This document shows positions 57,094-64,000 of a stretch of DNA of 64,000 nt, piece after piece (position 1 is the stretch's first letter; each line of letters opens with the position of its first letter). The position numbers and the translations under genes were made by a program. The notes under the pieces were generated by a model that saw nothing but the letters and a program-made list of their open reading frames with translations, was not told the DNA's origin and did no database searches. The stretch is from assembly GCF_009914755.1 (NCBI RefSeq), contig NC_060942.1; one strand, 5' to 3'. Source of the stretch: the human T2T-CHM13v2.0 reference genome, Homo sapiens.

Positions 57094-58949
57094 TAGAAGC
57101 AAATTCTTGGGCCCCAGCCCAGATCCACTGAATCCGAAGTTCTGGGGTGGAGCTCAGCAATTTATGCTTTAATAAGCCATTCATGTAATTCCAGTGCACA
57201 CCAAGATTTACAAACCACAAAACATACTCTGTTCATATGTTTCTAGTAACAGTAGCTCCATTTGTCAGTGCCCTGCTAACACAAATTCATTTTGAAAGAA
57301 CACTCAACAGATCTATCTCTAAAATAATTAAGATTTCTTTGAAGAAATCACTTTCATGTGTTTGATTTTTTTAATTCAAATATTTAATAGTAGTACAAAC
57401 TCTGCACTCACAACCATAATTTAGTGTAAATTAGAAGAGTTTCCTCAATTTCAAATACTATATTACTTGGCTGAGCCAAAAATAATCATCTGTACAGAGC
57501 ATCTATGAAAATAAACAGCCCATTTTGTCACACTGTCACTAAGTAGAAATGTCTTGCTTTTTCAAATTGTGCTTACTTGTCATAAAAATTACTCAGCAAA
57601 TATAAAAGAGAGTGAAAAAATTAAAAGTTATTAATACATGTTCTGTATTCCTCCCTGCAAGATTTTGTTTAAAAAACACACACAAAAAAAACAAACAAAA
57701 TACCAGAAGGTTACCTTAGGACAATATCAAGTATCAGGTCTTAATGGCTGTAAAATATTCCCATAAACTATAATTTATTTAGGCAATTCATCATCTACAG
57801 TATGATGTATAAAAGTGATGTTTTTAACTATTTATCACAATAAAAAGTTACACGGCACTCTAAGGAATCCCTAGAATCAAATCAATTGGAAAATCATTAA
57901 AACTAATAAGAAATCTGTAAATTCATACTTTCAAATAATCGATAGCTTTGCTATGTACCAGCAAAACCTATTTAGAATATCCAAAAAAAAGCAATCTCAT
58001 CTGTACTAACAAATTTTATTTCTCATTTGTGCGATAAAGCTTTGCCCATATCTTTATTTGCAAATAGTGTGTCCTTTTTATACAAAAGCATATAGAGAAA
58101 TACTTGATTCAATTTAACAGTGTTGTCTTTTAGCAAAGGAATTTAATCCACAATGATAATCCATGACAATAACAATATTTAAACTTATTATTTACCTTAT
58201 TTAATGCCATATGATTGGGTTTTAATACATATTTTGTCTTATTTTGATAAAATGATCGTGTTTAAATGTTTTCCTGCCACTTATAAATTATGCACACAAA
58301 ACATATTCTACTATGGTTTATCTGTAGATCGTAAAATGTTTGAATCTCTAGTAATATCACATGCAAGACAAAATGTTGAGCAAATTTTACTGATCGCTTT
58401 GCCCTAAAACCTATTCCCACCCTATGTACAGATACACCTACAAACTCATTCTCCAAACACAATTACACGCCTCTTTTGATTTTACAATTAAAAAAACTCT
58501 TGCAATACTCTAGAAATTTTTTTATATTTGTTTTAAGCCTTACAGCCACACTAACAGCAATAATAGTTTAGACTTGATTCTGAGCTCTACTGGTATTACT
58601 GATCACCCCTCTTTCTGCTTTTAAAGTGTCTTCCCTTTCTGAGTCTGTCTAGATGGCACAGTGTCTTTTTCACGATTTTATGTGTACATGGTTATACACT
58701 TTGAGTTCTCATATGTTAAAACATTTTTCTGTCATTGCCTCCGGAATGATAGGTTTATTACTGACTTGTAAGGATTTGTTATATACTCTTGCACACCAAG
58801 GGCTTTCTGCCATTCTCTTTTAAGAAAGCTTTCTCCCCTATTTCCAATGTTAGGGTTGTTTTGTCATTGAATTCTTAGATCAAAGGTTATCTCTCCTTTG
58901 CAAACAACCCAATCCAAAAGTATTCACTTGACTTCTGATCATTTTATCC

Positions 58950-60995
58950 TCTTTAATTTTTTAATTAAAATATTTATTATAAATTGACAAATTATAGTTG
59001 TAGATGTTTATGGGATACAAAGTTATATTATGGTATATGAATACAATGTGGAATAATTAAATCAGACCAATTAACATATCTATCAACTCAAATTCTTATC
59101 ATTTTTCATGGTAAGAACATTTGAAATTCACTTCCTTAGTGATTTTGAAATGTACAATACATTATTTTTAATTATATTCACGATGCTATGCAATAAATCT
59201 CAAAAGAAAAACAACAACTCATATTCCTCCTATCTAACTGAGGCTTTGTGCCCTTTGACCACCATTTCCCCATTACTCCACCTCTCAGCCTCTGGTAACC
59301 ATCATTCCACTCTCTACTTCTGTAAGTTAGATTGTTTCAGATTCTACACAAAGTGAGAATGTGTAGTATTTGTCTTCCTGTTTCTGATTTATTTCATTTA
59401 ACTTAATATTCTCCAGTTCTATTCATGTTGTCACAAACAATTAAATTTCTTTCTTTTTAAAAGTGCATAGTACTCCATTGCATGTGTTTGTATATATATA
59501 TCACAATTTCATCATCCATTCATCGGTTGGTGGACACACAGGTTGATTCCATAACTTGGCTGTTGTGAACAATGCTGCAGTGAACACGGATATGCAGATA
59601 TGCAGATATGCCTTTGACACGCTGATTTCAAATCTTCAGGGTAAATACCAAAAAGTGGGATTGCTGGATCATATAATAATTCTATTTTTAAATTTTCTGA
59701 GGAACCTACATCTAGTTTGGTTAGACTAATTTACTTATCCCACTAACAGTGTACAAGGGTTCCCTTTTCTCCACATCCTTGCCAATGACCTTTTGTTTTT
59801 TTGATAATACCCATTTTAACAGGTGTGAGGTAACAATCATTGTGGTTTTGATTTCATTTCTCTAATGATTAATGAAATTGAATTTTTTTTCATATATCTG
59901 TTGGTCATTTGCATGACTTCTTTTGAGAAATGTCTATTCAGGTCCCTTGCCTACTTTTTAATCAGGTCATTTGTTTTCTTGCTATTGAATTGTTTGAGTT
60001 TCTTATATATATTGGATATTAACCACTTATCAGATGTGTGGCTTACAAATATAGTCTCCCAATCTCTAGGATATCTCCTCAGTCTGTACATTGTTTCATT
60101 TGTTGTGCAGAAGCTGTTTAGTTTGATGCAGTCCCATTTCTCTACTTTTTTGCTTTTGTTGCCTGCATTTTTGGAGTCAGATAAAAGAAAAATCACAGTT
60201 CAGACCAAGGTTGTGTAGTTTTTCCCCCGTATTTTCTTCTAGTAGTTTTACAGTCTGGGGTCTTATGATTAATCCTTTAATCCATTTCGAGTTGATTTTT
60301 GTATATGCTGTGAGATAAGGGTCCAATTTCATTGTTCTGCATGTGGATATACAGTTTTCCTGACATCATTTATTGAAGAGACTATTCTTTTCCCATTGTA
60401 TGTTGTTGGCACCTTTGTTGAAAATCAATGTACATACGTGAGCTTTTTTCTGGGCCTCTATTCTGTTCCATTGGTCAATGTGTGTATTTTTAAATTTTTT
60501 TTATTTTTTATAAAGTACATTTTTTTGACATGTACAACACAAAGTTTTTAATGTATTGACAATGTGTCTATTTTTATGCCAGAACCATGCTTTTAAATTA
60601 GTATTTGTAGTATAATTTTGAATTAGGTAGTGTGATACATCCAGCTTTGTTCTTTTGGCTTAGAATTGCCTTGGCTTATTTGGGAATTTTTGTGGTTCCA
60701 TATGAGTTTTAGAAACTTTTCTAATTTCTATGAAAAATGACATTGAAATTTTAATAGAGACTGCACTGAATCTATAGGTCACATTGGGTAGCATGAACAT
60801 TTTAACAATATTAATTCTTCCAATACATGAACACAGTCTATCTCTCCATTTATTTATGTCTTCTTCAATTTCTTTCCTTAATATTTTAGAGTTTCCAGTG
60901 TTTATTTCTTTTATTTTTTTGGTTAACTTTATTCCTAAGTATTTTAATTTTTGTAGCTATTGTAGATGGGATTCTCTGTGTAATTTTATTTGTGG
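58950..60995 (-). mobile_element. L1MA-type fragment (3' UTR plus ORF2 C-terminal region)
   Basis: Peptide KWDCIKLNSFCTTNET...WETIFVSHTSDKWLISNIYKKL matches L1 ORF2p; L1MA-like 3' UTR at 58950-59500. Confidence 0.92.
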
Positions 60996-62129
60996 CACTT
61001 TCCTTCTACTAGTTTATTTCCTTCCACTAATACTTAAGCTGGAACTTTCCCTGTTGACTGCTGGGTTCCCAGTTCCCAGAATAGTGACTGGCACATAGAG
61101 GCCACTAAAACAATTGTTGATTAAATGAATGAGTGAATGCATGAACGAAATCAATTAGTCTGATATCGATAGCTTCATTGAGCTCTGGAAAAGAATGTGT
61201 GGCTTCTGTTAATTTCTTTCTATCTGAGCCAAAAGAAGAGAAAGGTATTATTCTATTTTTTTTTTCATTAGCAAAGTTGGGAGACCAGGTTAATGTGGAG
61301 AAAGAAAAAAAATGTAGGCAGAACATCACAGCTGCATATAGGCACCTCTGTTCATGAGGGCAGCTGATCTCTCTTGTGTGCTGTAGCAACCACAGCTGAG
61401 AGTGGAACCTGGCAAGAAGCAACCCCCACAAACCTCCCTCTGGTAGTCAGGCTGGCCTCTCTCAGAGCAGTGAGGGCCCTAGGATGCTAGTCCCCAAGAA
61501 CAGCAGTGCCATGTGAGAAGCTACAGCACCATCAAATTTTGATTGTATTGACAATTCAAATTTTTTTCTCCAAACTGGCCAATGTTAATTTAGAAGAAGT
61601 GGCATAGCAAGGCTGGGACTCCTCCCTAACTCATCATCTCAATCCTTGCAGGGAATGAACCCTGGTGTGGCACCCACTTCATTTCCTTCCATAATCTGAA
61701 TGAACTTCAATTATGCAAAGAGTAATGTTCCCTGATTTCTGTGCCTACTAGAGAAATGGTTCTTAATATTTTAGTTGAGTGTATCTGAAGTGTATTAGAA
61801 GAAGGAGAAATGCAAATGGCCTTAGAATACCTTGTTGGTCCTGAAAATCCTAGTTCCTTTTTAATTCTATTCTTGGCTGGTTGTTAGAACTGGTTTTGAA
61901 AAGTGCTCAAGAGAAGATGACTTAGGATAACATTGACAAAAAAGGAAAACCCATGTGTTATTCCTAAGCAAAATTATAAATATTTTAACTATTTCCCAAT
62001 TGAGGACATATGCTTTCCCCTATCAGACATACTTGTGGATGCATGGTAGCAGTTGTTGATCTTGGCATGTACATTTTTTAGTCTGAATTCATAAAACTGT
62101 GCAGAAATGAAAAGTTGGTTATGAGAAGG

Positions 62130-62310
62130 TCATGAGAAATTAGTGTTTAGTGGGTACAGATTTTAAGTGGAGGAAGATAAAAAGTTCTGGAGATTGATGG
62201 TGGTAATGGTTGTAGAACAATGTGAATGTACTTAATACTATAGAATTGTACACTTTAAGATTGTTAAATAGTAAATTTTATGTTATGTATACTAAACCAA
62301 AATAAAATAA
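62130..62310 (+). mobile_element. Old L1 (MB/MC-type) 3' end
   Basis: gggtacagatttt...aaaagttctggagattgatggtggtaatggttgtagaacaatgtgaatgtacttaatac. Confidence 0.8.
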
Positions 62311-62618
62311 ATGGTGATCCCAGTGCTTACCTTGGGTGGGGAACCCTCAATAATTAGAAACAATTATTCAAAAAATTTTCAAACACCTATTTGTGCTTTT
62401 TCATATTAATGTTTGCAGTTGTTAGTATTATACACATAATTCAATTCCACTTGAAAAACAATTGCTAGCTGATTCTGTGAACACATTTTGGAAAGATGTA
62501 ATTAGTTAATGATGCCTTGTCACTACTGCAGATTTTACACATTGTTAATATTGCAGAAGCTTCTTTAAGAAAATGTATTCTAAAGTTACTATCTTAGTAT
62601 CTAAAATAATACTAACTA

Positions 62619-62967
<349 letters not shown>

Positions 62968-63235
62968 TCATTCCTAACATTGTATGTTACTCTCCTTGCC
63001 CACTCCTTTTAGTCTTGAGACTAATAAATATTAATTCATTCATGGAATAAATTAAAACAATATTTTTGTTCCTACCATGTGCCAGGACCTGTGGTGAGGA
63101 CGCACAAAAAGGAACAGACCCTGAGTTCAAAACTCCTATCTGGGTGTGCTTATGCGGTGAAGGAAGAGTAGGGATGTGAAAGGAAAGGGAGACAAAGCAT
63201 GATGACAATGAGAATGAACAATAACATGAAAAACC

Positions 63236-63539
63236 AGCCGGGCGTGGTGGCTCACGCCTGTAATCTCAGCACTTTGGGAGGCGGAGGCGGGTGGATCACC
63301 TGAGGTTGGGAGTTTAAGACCAGCTTGACCAACGTGGTGAAACCCTGTCTCTACTAAAAATACAAAATTAGCTGGGTGTGGTGGCACGCGCCTGTAGTCC
63401 CAGACACTCGGGAGGCTGAGGCAGGAGAATTGCTTGAACCTGGGAGGTGGAGGCTGCCTAACTGCACTCCAGCCTGGGAAACAACAGCAAAACTCCGTCT
63501 CAAAAAAAAAAAAAAAAAAAGGAAAAAGAAAAAGAAAAA
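63236..63539 (+). mobile_element. AluS with short internal deletion
   Basis: Sense Alu; ggaggctgcctaactgcactcc lacks the agtgagccgagatcgcgcc segment. Confidence 0.95.
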
Positions 63540-63559
63540 CCACAGGTCATTTAGTCCAC

Positions 63560-63780
63560 GAAGACACGACCTTTACATGCATGCTGTCTCAGATGATCCT
63601 TCCAACAATTTTCTAAGTAAAGTACTATTGTTATTTCACCTTTACAAATGATAAAGTCATGCTCAGAAAGTCTATTCAATACCATTCTCAATATCAGAAA
63701 ATTAGTAATTTGAGGTACCTGTCTCTGGTCATTTTACTTCAAAGCCTATGTTTTAAATCACATTATGATATTACCTATCC
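63560..63780 (-). mobile_element. MIR fragment
   Basis: gatcctttcc-like...aagtactattgttatttcacctttacaaatgataaag...gctcagaaag. Confidence 0.55.
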
Positions 63781-64000
63781 CTTCTAATGTTAAAACAAAA
63801 CAAGAAAATCTACACAAGGTGAGAAAAGATAGTGTGGAACCTGGGAAAACAGTACAACAAAATTTGGCATGATGATTATTATTTTTTTTGTCAGAGGAAT
63901 TTTAGGTTTTAGTTTTGGGGAAGTTATCGAGTAGAATGCTATCAGTCTCATTAATGAAACAACTCCCAAAACATTACACACACACACACAGACACACACA

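Larger units (their letters stand above)
56344..57220. mobile_element. MER5A split by L1PA2 and Alu insertions
   Basis: cagaagttctcaaagtgtg...gtta | gcaaattcttgggccccagcccagatccactgaatc...agcaatttatgctttaataagcc. Confidence 0.8.

Noticed and set aside
62331-62475. Upstream coding exon for the minus-strand ORF (donor AAG|GTAAGC)
   Set aside because: In-frame stop in the required phase and a mediocre acceptor; at most a non-coding exon

Overview
Primate genomic DNA, most likely human or great ape: it carries about 18 Alu-family SINEs and young L1PA2-type 3' ends on top of old MIR, L2, L3/CR1, LTR and MER fossils. The window is AT-rich, CpG-depleted and looks intergenic or deep-intronic. I recognise no protein-coding gene, tRNA/rRNA, CpG island or CRISPR array, and most ORF-track entries are Alu, L1 or microsatellite artefacts. 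Repeat family names come from recalled consensus sequences, not from a search, so subfamily calls and old-repeat edges are approximate. The main observations are: (1) two minus-strand candidate exons (54791-54989, 37039-36960) that splice in frame into a possible micropeptide; (2) a HIF/bHLH motif cluster with an identical CpG-containing 11-mer three times, a Z-DNA tract and a nearby NF-kB/ETS/IRF module (14.5-18.5 kb); (3) a TSD-bounded chimeric MLT1+L1 insertion with four internal deletions (44976-45896); (4) an inverted-repeat-bounded segment holding a younger copy of its own flank (41020-43095); (5) L1 and Alu insertions at the same endonuclease site inside a MER5A.
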